NCBI GenBank assembly: GCA_963729955.1
Contig: CAVSQA010000028.1
Span: forward strand, 216,755-280,754
Direction: 5' to 3'
Length of the DNA: 64,000 nucleotides
Source of the DNA: an uncultured Gemmatimonadales bacterium
Lineage (GTDB): Bacteria; Gemmatimonadota; Gemmatimonadetes; Gemmatimonadales; JACORV01
This document shows, one piece after another, positions 21,040 through 32,274 of this stretch. Position 1 is the stretch's first letter. The number at the start of each line of letters is the position of its first letter. Made by a program: the position numbers and the translations under genes. The notes under the pieces are model-generated. The model was given only the letters and a program-made list of their open reading frames with translations. It was not told the origin of the DNA and ran no database searches.

Positions 21040-21598
21040 TTACGGCCCTCCCCACACGGCGGGAACGTCGAAACGCATCCGAAGCTCGGGTGCGGCGAGC
21101 GGGGCTTGTTCAGTCACCAGAATGGAATTCAGCGGATGGAAGGCGTCGAAACGCGGGTCGGCGGAGCGGTGCAGCGGGCTCCGATACGAGGGCGCCGGGC
21201 CGGTCACGGCGAGCGGCAGCGGCGCGGAATTCCAGTCGGCGGCGGGGAACCCAGTCCTCTCTCGGTGCGTCGCCCGGGACTCGAGCAGGTCCCAACCAAT
21301 GAAGCCGAGCATCGCCACCAGGAGCAGCGTCCCCACGGCACCGGACCAGTGCGCCACGACCGGAGCCCGGACCGCGAACTCGTCCCGCAGGCGCCGCCGC
21401 AGCCGGGGACCGAACCCCTGCGAGACGCCGACGCTGGGCAGCGCACGCAGCGCATCCAGCCCGGCTCGAAGGGCGGCGTCGAAACGGCGGCAGGCAGCGC
21501 AGGCCACCAGGTGGCGCGCCCGCCTCGGACTCTTCCCGGGGCGGCAGCAACCCGTCCGCGAAATCGGAGTGTTTTTCTCGGAACTCACAACAGTTCAT
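21040..21598 (-). CDS. zf-HC2 anti-sigma factor (apparent frameshift near 21520)
   Basis: MNCCEFREKHSDFADG followed by HLVACAAC (HxxxCxxC) and a TM helix; directly after the ECF sigma gene. Confidence 0.8.
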
Positions 21599-21670
21599 GC
21601 GGGCCCTAGCAAGGACCCTACTGGTACCGCGGTGGGGGCCTACTGTTCCGCCGGCGCGCCCGGCAGCCCG

Positions 21671-22306
21671 TCAGTCGAGGTGGGGGGCGATGATCGCGGC
21701 GAAGTTGTTCCGGGCGCGGTTCAGCCGGCTCTTCACGGTCCCGAGGTTGCAGCCCGTGATCTCCGCGATCTCCTCGTAGGTCTTGCCTTCGAGTTCGCGC
21801 AGCACGAAGACCACCCGATGGTGCTCGGGGAGCTGGGACACGGACTGCTCGACCAGTTCGCGCAGGTGGCGCTTGCGGAACAGGTCATCAGGCCGCGAGC
21901 TCGAGTCCTCGAACTGCAGGGGACGATGATCGGCCTCCCAGTGGCGCTTGATGGTCTGGAAGAGCACCAGCGGGTTCCGGCTGCGATTGCGGAGCTCGTT
22001 CTTCGCGAGGTTGGACGCGATGGTGTACGCCCACGTCGAGAACTTCTTCGTCTGGTCGAAGCGATGGAGGTGGCGGTAGATCCGGATGAAGACCTCCTGC
22101 ACCAGATCCTCGGCGCGCTCCCGGTCGCCCACCGTCCGGTAGATGAAATTCAGCAGGCGGACTTGATAGCGGGACACCAGCTCGTCGAACGCCCGATCGC
22201 GCCCCTCGAGGAACGCCTGAACGACCTGCGCGTCCTCGAGATCCGCGAACGGGCTGCTGGGAGCGTGCCGGAGACCGCGAAGACCATCCCTAACCGCCAG
22301 CGTCAC
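21671..22306 (-). CDS. ECF RNA polymerase sigma factor (RpoE/SigW-like)
   Basis: AEDLVQEVF, FSTWAYTIASN, YEEIAEI...GTVKSRLNRAR. Confidence 0.93.
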   Translation of the reverse strand: MTLAVRDGLRGLRHAPSSPFADLEDAQVVQAFLEGRDRAFDELVSRYQVRLLNFIYRTVGDRERAEDLVQEVFIRIYRHLHRFDQTKKFSTWAYTIASNLAKNELRNRSRNPLVLFQTIKRHWEADHRPLQFEDSSSRPDDLFRKRHLRELVEQSVSQLPEHHRVVFVLRELEGKTYEEIAEITGCNLGTVKSRLNRARNNFAAIIAPHLD

Positions 22307-22474
22307 GGAGCGCCTGCCTCGGAATGGGGAGTCACTTGGTCCCTACGAGCAGGAACCGTACCCGGTTTGCCTGCCCCGTTGGCGCAGCGGCCAAGGCATT
22401 GCGAGGAAGAAACTTGCGCGATTCTTGGGCCGAGAATCCGGCCGCGCCGGCACGCGCCGACCGTCCTCCATTTA

Positions 22475-23047
22475 CTACAGTTTGAGATGGAAACCCGCGA
22501 AAAAGAGAACAGCCACCGCAGTCTTGCCGTCCACGATCTCGCCGTCCCTGATCATGCCCAGCACCTGACTTATCGGCAGGGCCTTCAGCTCGATGAACTC
22601 GTCGGGCTCGCGCCGGTGGCTCTCCGGCTTCACCACGAGATCGAACGCCGCGAACAGGTGGATCTGCTCGTCGGTGAATCCGGGCGTGGTGTAGATGGTC
22701 GTGAGCCGTTGCCAGCGGCTGGCCGTGGCTCCCGCCTCCTCCAGCAGCTCGCGGCGGGCGCAGTCCTCCGGCGATTCCCCGGACTCGAGCCGGCCCGCCG
22801 GGATCTCCCAGATCGGCCCACCGGCCGCGTACCGGTACTGGCGGATCAGCAGGAGCTGGGGGTCGGCCGCATCCGGTGCCGAGAGCACCGGCAGGACGGC
22901 GGACGCGCCGGGGTGCCGGATCATCTCCAGCTCTCCGTGCTGGCCGTCGGGGAACCGCACGGTGTCCAGGTCGAGGTTCAGCACGCGGCCGGTATAGACC
23001 CGGCGTGTTCCCATCTGGTCTCGCACGTCCTTGGCCGCGCCACTCAT
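22475..23047 (-). CDS. NUDIX hydrolase (ADP-ribose pyrophosphatase-like)
   Basis: Nudix box GRLESGESPEDCARRELLEEAG; QYRY, TPGFTDE. Confidence 0.9.
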   Translation of the reverse strand: MSGAAKDVRDQMGTRRVYTGRVLNLDLDTVRFPDGQHGELEMIRHPGASAVLPVLSAPDAADPQLLLIRQYRYAAGGPIWEIPAGRLESGESPEDCARRELLEEAGATASRWQRLTTIYTTPGFTDEQIHLFAAFDLVVKPESHRREPDEFIELKALPISQVLGMIRDGEIVDGKTAVAVLFFAGFHLKL

Positions 23048-23087
23048 ACGACGCCCTCGCGCCCCGGCGCTTCAGTTGCCTGCATGG

Positions 23088-23666
23088 TCACCTCGTCACC
23101 AGGTACGCGATGGGAGCCTTGAACGACTCGGCGAGCACGTAGCCGATCTCCAGGCGCCGGTTGGCGGCGATGGGACTGAGCCTGGCGGGCGATCCCAGCG
23201 GCACCAGCCCCAGGCGGCGGGCGGTCAGACAGAGCCGCAGCATGTGAAAGCCGTCACTCACCAGGATCACCCGCCGGCCGCCGTGGCTCAGCACCCAGGT
23301 TGCCGCCGCGCGGAGCGAGGGCTCGGTCGAGCGGCCCGTCGCGACAGCCACCACGGCCGTCGAATCGGTGCCTCCGGCGGCCAGGTAGCGCCGGCCCACC
23401 ACCGCCTCGCTCACCGTATCGCCGGCGCCGACGCCGCCGGTCACGATGAGGTGCGGAGCGAGGCCGCGGCGGAACAGCTCCGCCCCATGGTCGAGGCGGG
23501 CGCGGAACACCGGTGAGGGGCGCCCGTTGTACTGCGCGGCCCCGAGCACCACGATGGCGTCCGCCGGCGCGGCGGCGTCGTGCCGCGCGACCAGCACGAC
23601 CTCGCCCACCATGAGCAGCCAGGCCGCCACGACGAGCGCCGCGGTCGCTGCGATGATACGGCGCAT
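23088..23666 (-). CDS. YdcF/DUF218 family protein
   Basis: DAIVVLGAA, RLDHG, TGG, VSDGFHMLR. Confidence 0.85.
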   Translation of the reverse strand: MRRIIAATAALVVAAWLLMVGEVVLVARHDAAAPADAIVVLGAAQYNGRPSPVFRARLDHGAELFRRGLAPHLIVTGGVGAGDTVSEAVVGRRYLAAGGTDSTAVVAVATGRSTEPSLRAAATWVLSHGGRRVILVSDGFHMLRLCLTARRLGLVPLGSPARLSPIAANRRLEIGYVLAESFKAPIAYLVTR

Positions 23667-23740
23667 GGCGGGAACCTAGCGGAGCTTGGGAGGCTCAGCC
23701 ACCGGGCAGGGCGGCAGGCGACGGTGGAGGTCTACGCGCG

Positions 23741-25123
23741 TCAGATCTCGAACGGCTGGCCCAGGGCTGGAACGTCCACCTGCTTGACCCCGAGCCCGCG
23801 CAGCAGCTCGGCCATGGCCTGGAGCTGCTCGGTCTCGCCGTGCACGGTGAAGGCCCGTTGTGGCGTCTCCCCGAGGCCGGCGACCCACTGGCGCAGCTCG
23901 TTCCGGTCGGCGTGTCCGGAATACCCGCCGATGGTCGCGACCTCGGCGCGGCACGGCACCAGATCGCCGTAGATCCGGACTTCCTTCGCGCCCTCCTGGA
24001 GACGATGGCCGAGGGTGTAGCTGGCCTGGAACCCGACGATCAGCACCAGGTTGCGGTGGTCGCCGATCCCGTTCCGCAGGTGGTGGAGGATCCGCCCCGA
24101 CTCGGCCATCCCGGAGGCCGCGATGATGATGGCGGGTCCGCGCAGGCCGTTCAGCGCCTTGGACTCCTCCACCGACCGCACGTACTTGACCAACGGAAAG
24201 CGGAACAGGTCGTCGGTCTCGCGCACCAGGCGTTCGGAGAGGTCGAACGCCTCCGGGTGCAGGCGGAACACGTCGGTGGCGTTCACGGCGAGCGGCGAAT
24301 CCACGTAGATGGGGACCTTGGGGATCGCGTCGTCGCGAGCCAGTCCGTGCAGCTCGTAGATCAGCTCCTGGGCGCGCTCGATGGCGAAGGCGGGGATGAA
24401 GATCTTGCCCCCCCGCTTGGCCACCTTGTTGACGAAGTTCGCCAGCATCTCCTGCGCTTCCACCACCGACTCGTGCACCTTGTTGGCATAGGTGCTCTCG
24501 ACGATGAGCACGTCCGCCGGGCCCTTGGGCGGCTTCGGGTCGCGGATGATCGGCAGGCCCCAGCGGCCGACGTCGCCGGAAAAGACCACCCGGCGCTTCG
24601 CGCCCGCGGCGTCGATGTCGAGCACCACGGAGGCGGAGCCGAGCATGTGGCCGGCGTCGGTGTAGGTGAGGCGAATGCCGGGCACGATGTCGAGCGGCCG
24701 CTCGTAGGGCACGCTCACCATGTGGTCGGGGACCAGTGTGGCGTCGTGCGCCGTGTAGAGCGGCTCCGCGAGGTGGTCGTGGCCGCGCTTCTTCAGGAAC
24801 TCGAAGTCCTTCTCCTGGATGAACCCGGAGTCCGGCAGCATCACGCTCGCCAGATCGCGGGTGGCCGGCGTGCAGTAGATCGGTCCCGTGTACCCCAGCT
24901 TGAGGAGCAGCGGCAGGCGGCCGGTGTGGTCGATGTGCGCGTGGCTCACCACGACGACGTCGATGTCGTGGACGTCGAGCGGGTACTGCTCGTTCTTGCG
25001 GCGGGCCTCCTCGCGGCGTCCCTGGAACAGTCCGCAGTCGAGCAGGATGCGCTTGGGGCCGATCTCGAGCAGGTGCATGGAGCCGGTCACCTCGCCGGCC
25101 GCGCCCCAACAGGTCAGGCGCAT
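23741..25123 (-). CDS. MBL-fold beta-CASP ribonuclease
   Basis: GAAGEVTGS, SHAHIDHTG, AGHMLGS, ESTY, SGHAD, VHGE. Confidence 0.92.
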   Translation of the reverse strand: MRLTCWGAAGEVTGSMHLLEIGPKRILLDCGLFQGRREEARRKNEQYPLDVHDIDVVVVSHAHIDHTGRLPLLLKLGYTGPIYCTPATRDLASVMLPDSGFIQEKDFEFLKKRGHDHLAEPLYTAHDATLVPDHMVSVPYERPLDIVPGIRLTYTDAGHMLGSASVVLDIDAAGAKRRVVFSGDVGRWGLPIIRDPKPPKGPADVLIVESTYANKVHESVVEAQEMLANFVNKVAKRGGKIFIPAFAIERAQELIYELHGLARDDAIPKVPIYVDSPLAVNATDVFRLHPEAFDLSERLVRETDDLFRFPLVKYVRSVEESKALNGLRGPAIIIAASGMAESGRILHHLRNGIGDHRNLVLIVGFQASYTLGHRLQEGAKEVRIYGDLVPCRAEVATIGGYSGHADRNELRQWVAGLGETPQRAFTVHGETEQLQAMAELLRGLGVKQVDVPALGQPFEI

Positions 25124-25290
25124 CAGCCCTCGCGCTCGAAGACGGCGAGGATCTTGCGGGGCGAAAGCGCCACCAGCTCGACCAGCGTCCAGCCGCCGCG
25201 GCGACGCTCGTTCAAGTCGTCGGTCAGCGCCTCTTCATCGGCGAGGCTCTTGCCCGAGAGCCGGATGATGGCCGTCTGGTACTCGGTCAC
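25123..25290 (-). CDS. Small DUF4177-like protein
   Basis: EYQT...LNERRRGGWTLV...VFERE pattern; coupled between upp and the MBL gene. Confidence 0.55.
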   Translation of the reverse strand: MTEYQTAIIRLSGKSLADEEALTDDLNERRRGGWTLVELVALSPRKILAVFEREG

Positions 25291-25292
25291 GG

Positions 25293-25931
25293 TCAGCGCG
25301 TCCCGAACAGGCGGTCGCCGGCGTCGCCGAGGCCGGGGAGGATGTAGCCGTTCTCGTTCAGCTGGCGGTCGAGGGCCGCGGCGTAGATCGGCACGTCGGG
25401 ATGGGCGTCGAGCATCAATTGCACGCCCTCGGGCGCGGCCACGATGCACAGCAGGCGCAGGGAACGCGCGCCGCCCTTCTTGAGCTTCGCGCAGGCGGCC
25501 ACCGCCGAGCCGCCGGTGGCGAGCATCGGGTCGAGGAGGAAGAAGTCTCGCTGCTCGCGGGCGCTGGGCACCTTGTAGTAGTAATCCACCGGCTGGAGGG
25601 TCTCGTGGTCGCGGTAGAGGCCGATGTGGCCCACTCGGGCCGCGGGCACCAGGCGGAGGATGCCGTCCACCATGCCGAGGCCGGCCCTGAGAACGGGCAC
25701 CAGGGCGAGCTTCTTCCCGGCGACCTTCTCGCCCGTCATGTGCTCCAACGGCGTGTCGAACTCGACCGGCTCGGTGGGCAGGTCCTTGGTGACCTCGTAG
25801 GCCATGAGCATCGCGATCTCGGCGACCAGGTCGCGGAAATCCTTGACCGGGGTGCGCTTGTCGCGCAGGACGTGGAGCTTGTGCTTGATGAGCGGATGGC
25901 CGAGGATGGTGAGATTCGGGAAGGTGCGCAT
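25293..25931 (-). CDS. upp: Uracil phosphoribosyltransferase
   Basis: [40 protein letters not shown]. Confidence 0.97.
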   Translation of the reverse strand: MRTFPNLTILGHPLIKHKLHVLRDKRTPVKDFRDLVAEIAMLMAYEVTKDLPTEPVEFDTPLEHMTGEKVAGKKLALVPVLRAGLGMVDGILRLVPAARVGHIGLYRDHETLQPVDYYYKVPSAREQRDFFLLDPMLATGGSAVAACAKLKKGGARSLRLLCIVAAPEGVQLMLDAHPDVPIYAAALDRQLNENGYILPGLGDAGDRLFGTR

Positions 25932-26133
25932 GAGGCGATAATAGTGCGCACCGCGCGAGTTTTCGGGAAGACAGTGTCCGGTCGCGTGCAGGCGCGCAGA
26001 CGCCAAGTGGTGGGCAGTGCCAGGTGAGCAGGGCAGGTGTGGGGCTGAGCCCTTCTGGCTCGGCACCACTGCGTGTCCGCGCGTCTTCGCACTACTGCCG
26101 ACTTCGTTCCTGTGTACTTATTTTGGCAGGCTG

Positions 26134-26206
<73 letters not shown>

Positions 26207-26209
26207 CTG

Positions 26210-26252
26210 CGAGGCGGGACAAGCAACTTCGGTTGCCTGTCCCGCTTCTCGT
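26210..26252 (+). terminator. Hairpin after tRNA-Phe
   Basis: GCGGGAC..GCAAC-TTCG-GTTGC..GTCCCGC stem-loop followed by TTCTCGTT. Confidence 0.55.
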
Positions 26253-26294
26253 TCTCGGGACCACTCGAGAGACTGCATGCTCGAAGGAGTCGGA

Positions 26295-27426
26295 GTGAGC
26301 AAGATCGCCGTGCTCGGAGGAGGGCTGGTCGGTCGCGTGATCGCGCGCGACCTCGCCCGCGAGAAGGACCTCCACGTCACGGTGGCGGACGCCGCCGAAG
26401 CGACCCGGGCTCGCCTGCGCGCGGAGGGCCTCGCCACCATCGCGCTCGACCTTGCGGACGACGCGGCGGTGCGCAAGGCCATCGCCGGCGCCGACGTCGT
26501 CGTCGGCGCGGCTCCCGGCCACATGGGCTTCCGGCTCCTGCGACTCGTCATCGAGGCCGGCAAACCCTACGCCGACATCGCCTTCATGCCCGAGGACTTC
26601 CTCGAGCTGGACGGCCTCGCCCGCGAGCGGGGCGTGACCGCGGTGGTGGACTGCGGGGTGGCGCCCGGCCTCTCCAACCTCCTCTGCGGCCGGGCCGAGC
26701 ACGAGTTCGACAGCGTCGAGCGGATGCTCATCCTGGTCGGCGGGTTGCCCAAGCACCGCGTCTGGCCCTTCGAGTACCGGGTCGTCTTCTCGGCGGTGGA
26801 CGTGATCGAGGAGTACACGCGTCCCGCGCGCTGGGTCGAGCACGGCCGGCACGGTGACCAAGCCGGCGCTCACCGACGTCGAGCTGGTGGACCTGCCGCG
26901 GGTCGGCACCGTCGAGGCGTTCAACACCGACGGCCTGCGCAGCCTCGCGACGACACTCCACGCCCCGTTCATGAAGGAGAAGACGCTCCGCTGGCCGGGC
27001 CACGTGGAGAAGATGCGGATGCTCCGCGAGACGGGCTTCCTGTCCCTGGAGCCGATCGAGGTCGCGGGAACGCGGGTCCGCCCCTACGACGTGACGACCA
27101 AGCTCCTGTTCGACGCCTGGCGCCTCCCCGAGGGCGAGGCGGATCTCACCGTGATGCGTGTCGAGGCGACCGGGGTGGCCGGCGGCGCGCGCCAGACCTG
27201 GACCTGGGACCTGTACGACGAGGCCGACCCCGCGACCGGCTTCCACTCGATGGCGCGCACCACCGGCTTCCCGTGCGCAATCGTGGCGCGGATGCTGGCG
27301 CGCGGCGAACTCAAGCGCCCCGGCGTGCAGCCCCCGGAGCGCCTCGCCGGCGACGATCGCTTCTTCGAGGAGATGATGGAGGGCCTGCGCGCGCGGGGCG
27401 TGACGATCACCCGGACGGACGCGTAA
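26295..27426 (+). CDS. Saccharopine dehydrogenase/lysine 6-dehydrogenase family (apparent frameshift near 26850)
   Basis: VLGGGLVG Rossmann motif, DCGVAPGLSN, VGGLP, EAFNTDGL, MARTTGF. Confidence 0.85.
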
Positions 27427-27573
27427 GGGCAGGCAGTGAGGTCTCAGCGCCAATCCCCTTGGCGACCGGAATTGTCGGGGTGGCCCGTGTGACGCCTCTC
27501 TAACGCCTCTCTGGCAGACTAGTAGCCACGCGGATCGCCGGATCACGGCCCTCTGAACCCAGGATCACGGACG

Positions 27574-28128
27574 ATGACCACTACACGCATCGGTGCCCTT
27601 GCCGCCTTGACGATGGTCACGGCGCTGTACCCGCTCGCGGCCCAGCAGACGCAGCTCGAGCACGGACAGACGGTGCGTGTCGTGTCGTCGGCCGGCCGCA
27701 TCCACAGCGGACGGCTGCAGCTCGTCCTCGCAGACACCCTCGTGCTCGAGGCCGGCGGGCGCCAGGAATGGATCAAGCTGGGCAGCGACGATCGTCTGGA
27801 AGTCTTGAGGCGCTCTCGCTCTTACGCTCTGGTAGGCGCACTGTTGGGAGCAGGCGCTGGCGCGGCACTGGGGAGCACCAGCTCGACGCATCTGTGCACG
27901 CAGCCCATCACCAACTTCACCCCGACGGTTCGCTACTGCGGCCTTACCCCCGCCAAGGGAGCCCTGCTGTATGGGCTGGCCGGTATGGGCGCCGGTGCGC
28001 TCGTCGGGTCGCTGTTCAGGTCAGCGCTCTGGGAGCCCCTTGCACCAGATCAACTCGCCCCCCTCCGCGTGGCGGTCGCGCCGCTGCCCCGCGGCGGCCT
28101 GGCGCTCGGCGCGTCGCTGGCGTTCTGA
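27574..28128 (+). CDS. Hypothetical exported/membrane protein with glycine zipper
   Basis: Signal peptide, GALLGAGAGAALG repeats, C-terminal Phe. Confidence 0.6.
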   Translation: MTTTRIGALAALTMVTALYPLAAQQTQLEHGQTVRVVSSAGRIHSGRLQLVLADTLVLEAGGRQEWIKLGSDDRLEVLRRSRSYALVGALLGAGAGAALGSTSSTHLCTQPITNFTPTVRYCGLTPAKGALLYGLAGMGAGALVGSLFRSALWEPLAPDQLAPLRVAVAPLPRGGLALGASLAF

Positions 28129-28177
28129 GCAGTCGGGCGGCCGCGCACGGGTGGCTGGGTCCGCTCGCGTCGCAGGC

Positions 28178-29423
28178 TCAGCGGGCCGGATAGAGAGCCG
28201 CGGCCTTCGCCGCATCGAGGCTCTGGGGATACGCCACCACGTCCGCCGACCAGACCTCCACGTACTCGCCGCGGTTCTGCGAGCCGTACTGCAGCAGCTG
28301 GAAGTACGGACTGGCCGGGCCATCGGGGCCGCACGTTCCCGGCCCGCCGCCGTTGCACCCGGCTCCCGGTTCCACCGTGCTTGTTGGACTGCCAACCCAC
28401 GGAATCGGCGTACTGCGACGCGAGACTCGTGACCTCCGGCAGTATGGCTTGATTGTCGAGAAAGTCCGCCTGCAGCTGCACGCGACCGGGCGCGACGCGC
28501 GAGACCGCCTGGACGATCTGCGCAGCCACGTAGCCCGGCGGATCGCCGGTCAGATTCGGAAAGTCGATGCCGATCGCGCCCGGATTGAACAGGCTGAGGC
28601 CGAGAAACCGGTCCGGGAACGCGTGCGCGAAGGAAGTGGCGATGGCCGCGAACCCGTTCACGACCGCCGTGTCGGAGTAGCCGAGGCTTCGCCAGTGGCT
28701 GGTGTCCGCATCGGAGAGGACCGTCGGATACGCGGGCCGTCCGTCGGCGCACGGGAGAGTGTCGGTGGAAGTTGGAGCGGGGCGCCCGGTCGGCAGCCGG
28801 ATCTCTTCGTCGTAGACGCTCAATCCGGGAACGTGGACCAGCGTCAACGAGGCGTAGGCGCCGATCGCCTGCAGGTGAGCGGCGAGCGCCGTCGCGGCCG
28901 CGCTCCAGAACTCCCGCACGTTCGGGACCCACGGAAGGAGTATGTAGGCGGAGATGCAGCGATCGACGGCGCCGCCCGTCGTCCACACGTCGAACAGCGG
29001 CGCGCAGCCGGCGCCACAGGTGGCGGCGAATCCGGCCGGCAGCGACTGCAGGTAGGTGCCGCCGGTCTGGTACCCGGTCTCCAGCTCGATCGAGAACTTC
29101 TTCTGGTGCGACAGCGCCGCCTGCACCAGCGTGTCCAGGTATCCCCAACTCCAGTTGAACTGGCCCCAGGTCGTGATGCTGGGGAGGATTTTCGCGATGG
29201 GGACGAAGACAGCGTGGCCCGTGACGTCGTTGAGGTACGCCTCCGACGTCTCGAGGCCGGCAGCATAGGCCGTGCTCGTCGGCTGCTCGTTGCTGGGGTC
29301 GTTCAGCACGTAGATGCCGGACGGAATCGGCATCGTCGTGCTGCCGGAGGCCATCCGGTCCGCACGACACGACGTCGAGCATGCCATCACGGCGATGAAC
29401 ACCAGGTGCCGCCTCGCGATCAT
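28178..29423 (-). CDS. Putative glycoside hydrolase (TIM-barrel, GH42-like) lipoprotein (apparent frameshift near 28370)
   Basis: 'GQFNWSWGYLDTLVQAA' and 'YVEVWSADV' segments; lipoprotein-like N-terminus. Confidence 0.55.
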
Positions 29424-29796
29424 GTGCCTCTCCCAGCGCCTCTCCCTTCGGTGAGCGCCCGCGCCCCGGCCGGGGAAACCGGTGGCACAGTGCAACCGGG
29501 CCAGCAGGCGGAGTCGTCGCCCCTGGCCGAGCCGCTCCCCGCAGCAGCTGGCGGGGTGTATGTGAGGGACACGAAAATGCTCTTCAGGAGCCGTGCGATC
29601 GTCAAGGGGCCGGAGGCCGCCCGCCAATGCCAACGGCACTCGCGTATGGCGCTCGGGGGTCGCGCGGGCGGCAGGCCCTTGATTCGCCGCGCCCGCCAAC
29701 CACAATTGGACGGACCCCTACACCCGCAGGGAGCGATGTCCATCCTGGACCCGATGGTGAGTACCCCGTTGACGGTCACGGAGGCGGGGCTCTGAC

Positions 29797-30198
29797 GTGG
29801 ACTCCCGACCGGCAGCGCGGGCGGCGAGGCGCCGCTTCCCGGACGAGCTTCTGGCGGCGTTGCACCGCGGGAGGACCCTGGAGATCAGGGCCGGCGCCCG
29901 CCCGCACCGCTTCATCGGCATCTGGGTCGTGGTGGTGGACGGCCGGGTCTTCGTGCGGTCGTGGAGCCTCAAGCCGCGCAGCTGGTGGCGGACCTTCCTC
30001 GACGATCCACGCGGGGCCATCAGGGTCGCCGGGCGCTCGATCGCCGTGCGCGCGGTGCGCACCCGGAGCGAGCGCCTGAAGAGGGCGGTGGACCGCGCCT
30101 ACGTCGCCAAGTACGGGACGGGAGGCTCGCGCCGCTTCGCGTTGGACCTCGGCAGACCGAGATCGAAGGCGACCACCACCGAGCTGGTGCCGCTCTGA
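29797..30198 (+). CDS. DUF2255 family protein
   Basis: IWVVVVDGRVFVRS, VDRAYVAKY. Confidence 0.75.
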   Translation: MDSRPAARAARRRFPDELLAALHRGRTLEIRAGARPHRFIGIWVVVVDGRVFVRSWSLKPRSWWRTFLDDPRGAIRVAGRSIAVRAVRTRSERLKRAVDRAYVAKYGTGGSRRFALDLGRPRSKATTTELVPL

Positions 30199-31568
30199 CC
30201 GCGCAGCAGCGGCGGGTCCTGACGCTCGGACCGCTCGTCGCGGTGATGTTCTTCAACGTCTCCGGCGGGCCGTTCGGAGCCGAAGGACTGGTGGGCGGTG
30301 TTGGGCCCGGCGTCGCCATCCTGCTGCTGCTCGCCACGCCCCTGCTCTACAGCGTGCCGGAGACGCTCATCATCGGCGAGTTGGCGTCGATCCTCCCCGC
30401 CGAGGGCGGCTACTACGTCTGGGTCACGCGCGCCTTCGGCCGCTTCTGGGGCTTCACCAACGGCTGGCTGAGCTGGATGTACTCGTTGATCGACATGGCC
30501 ATCTATCCGGTGCTGTTCCTCCAGTACCTCCGGTTCTTCACCGGCGATCTCGGGCGGCTCCCGTCCTGGATGCTGGCGCTCGCCCTGATCTGGGGCGCGA
30601 CCTGGCTCAACCTGCGGGGCACCCGAGTGGTGGGCTCGGCGTCCGGCTGGTTCACGGCGGTGGTGCTGGCGCCCTTTGGCGCGCTGGCGGCGATCGCGCT
30701 GCTGCGGTGGATCGCGATCGGGCCCGCGGCGGCGTTCGCCCATGATCCGTTCCGGGTTACCGGCGGCTCGTTCCTCGGAGCGCTCGGCCTGGGCATCTCG
30801 CAGAGCGTGTGGAACTACAGTGGCTGGGACAACGCCTCGACGATTGGCGGCGAGATCGAGAACGCGAGCGCGACCTATCCGCGGGCGCTCCTGCGGGCGC
30901 TGCCGCTCGTCACCGCGACGTACCTGCTCGCCGTCGTCCCGGCCGTCGCCGTCACGGAGTGGCGGTCCTGGACCGACGGCGCGTGGCCGGCCATTGCCAC
31001 GGCGGTGGCCGGGCCGTGGCTCGCCGTGTGGATCGCCGCAGCCGGCATGGTCAGCGCCTTCGCGCTCTTCAACGCGCTGCTCCTGGTCTACTCGCGCATC
31101 CCGCTGGTCCTGGCGCGGGACGGCCTCCTTCCGGCGGTGCTCGGCACAGCGGACGAAGGAGGCACCCCGCGGCGGGCGGTGGTGGCGTCGGCCGTGGGCT
31201 ACTCCCTGTTCGCGCTGCTTTCTTTCGGGGGGTTGCTCGCGGCGGACGTGCTGTTGTACACGGCGGCGCTGGCGCTCGAATTCGCGGCCTTGATCGCGCT
31301 GCGGCGCCGCGAGCCGGGGCTGCGCGGGGCGTTCCGCGTTCCGCTCCACGGGACGGCGCTGGGGGCCCTGGCCGCGCTGCCGGTGCTGGTCCTGGTCGCC
31401 GCGGTGGCGTTAGAGGTGCGGAGCCGGGCGATCGGCCTGGTCGGCGTCGTGGTCGCCATGGCCTGCGGCGCCGCGGGGCCCGTGGCGTACGCGGCGCTGG
31501 GCCGCCGAGTCACAACGGTTGTCAACGTGCCAGGTAGCCGCCGTCCACGGGATAGTAAGCTCCCGTGA
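30195..31568 (+). CDS. APC family amino acid/polyamine permease (start uncertain)
   Basis: VSGGPFGAE, EGGYYVWV, WNYSGWD; about 12 TM segments. Confidence 0.85.
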   Translation: MTAQQRRVLTLGPLVAVMFFNVSGGPFGAEGLVGGVGPGVAILLLLATPLLYSVPETLIIGELASILPAEGGYYVWVTRAFGRFWGFTNGWLSWMYSLIDMAIYPVLFLQYLRFFTGDLGRLPSWMLALALIWGATWLNLRGTRVVGSASGWFTAVVLAPFGALAAIALLRWIAIGPAAAFAHDPFRVTGGSFLGALGLGISQSVWNYSGWDNASTIGGEIENASATYPRALLRALPLVTATYLLAVVPAVAVTEWRSWTDGAWPAIATAVAGPWLAVWIAAAGMVSAFALFNALLLVYSRIPLVLARDGLLPAVLGTADEGGTPRRAVVASAVGYSLFALLSFGGLLAADVLLYTAALALEFAALIALRRREPGLRGAFRVPLHGTALGALAALPVLVLVAAVALEVRSRAIGLVGVVVAMACGAAGPVAYAALGRRVTTVVNVPGSRRPRDSKLP

Positions 31569-32274
31569 CGAACGAAGCTTTCGCCGAGCTCAACCAGAGC
31601 ACCAGTTCGGCGACCTCGTCGGGCTTCCCGAGGCGCCCCAACGGATGCATGGCGACCAACGCATCCTTGACGCCCGGGTCGCGCTCGAGCCCCTCGATCA
31701 TCGGCGTGCTGATGAAGGCGGGCCCCACGGCGTTTACGCGGATTCCCTGCGTGGCGTACTCCAGCGCGGCGTTCCTTGTGAGTCCGAGGACACCGTGCTT
31801 CGCCGCGACATACCCCGCGGCGCCCGCGAACCCCACCTGAGCCAGGATGGAAGCCATGTTGACGATCGCGCCACCGCCCGTCTTCAGCATGGCGGGAATC
31901 TCGTACTTCATGCAGTAGAACGCGCCTGACAGGTTGATGGAGAGAATCCGCTGCCAGCCCTCGACGGAGTAGGCGGCCGTTGGGTTCTGCTCTCCACCGA
32001 TCCCCGCGTTGTTGCACGCCCAGTCCAGCTGGCCATAGCGCTCCAGCGTCGCGCTCACGAGACGCTCGCAGTCGCGGGGCGCAGCGACATCTGCCGGCAC
32101 GAAGGTGGCGTCCCCGCCGGCCGCGCGGATCTCGCCGGCGGCGCTCTCGCCTTCCTTGTGGCTCACGTCCGAGAGCACGACGGCCGCGCCTTCTCTCGCG
32201 TACAAGGCCGCGACGCACTTCCCGATCCCGGAGGCCGCGCCGGTGACGATCGCGACCTTGGCCTTGGGACTCAT
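31522..32274 (-). CDS. SDR family oxidoreductase
   Basis: TGAASGIG, NNAG, YVAAK, VDGG. Confidence 0.93.
   Translation of the reverse strand: MSPKAKVAIVTGAASGIGKCVAALYAREGAAVVLSDVSHKEGESAAGEIRAAGGDATFVPADVAAPRDCERLVSATLERYGQLDWACNNAGIGGEQNPTAAYSVEGWQRILSINLSGAFYCMKYEIPAMLKTGGGAIVNMASILAQVGFAGAAGYVAAKHGVLGLTRNAALEYATQGIRVNAVGPAFISTPMIEGLERDPGVKDALVAMHPLGRLGKPDEVAELVLWLSSAKASFVTGAYYPVDGGYLAR

Noticed and set aside
12240-25123. Macro domain, NUDIX and MBL nuclease as a defence or ADP-ribosylation system
   Set aside because: The genes are 10 kb apart, interspersed with core housekeeping genes, and no ADP-ribosyltransferase is present
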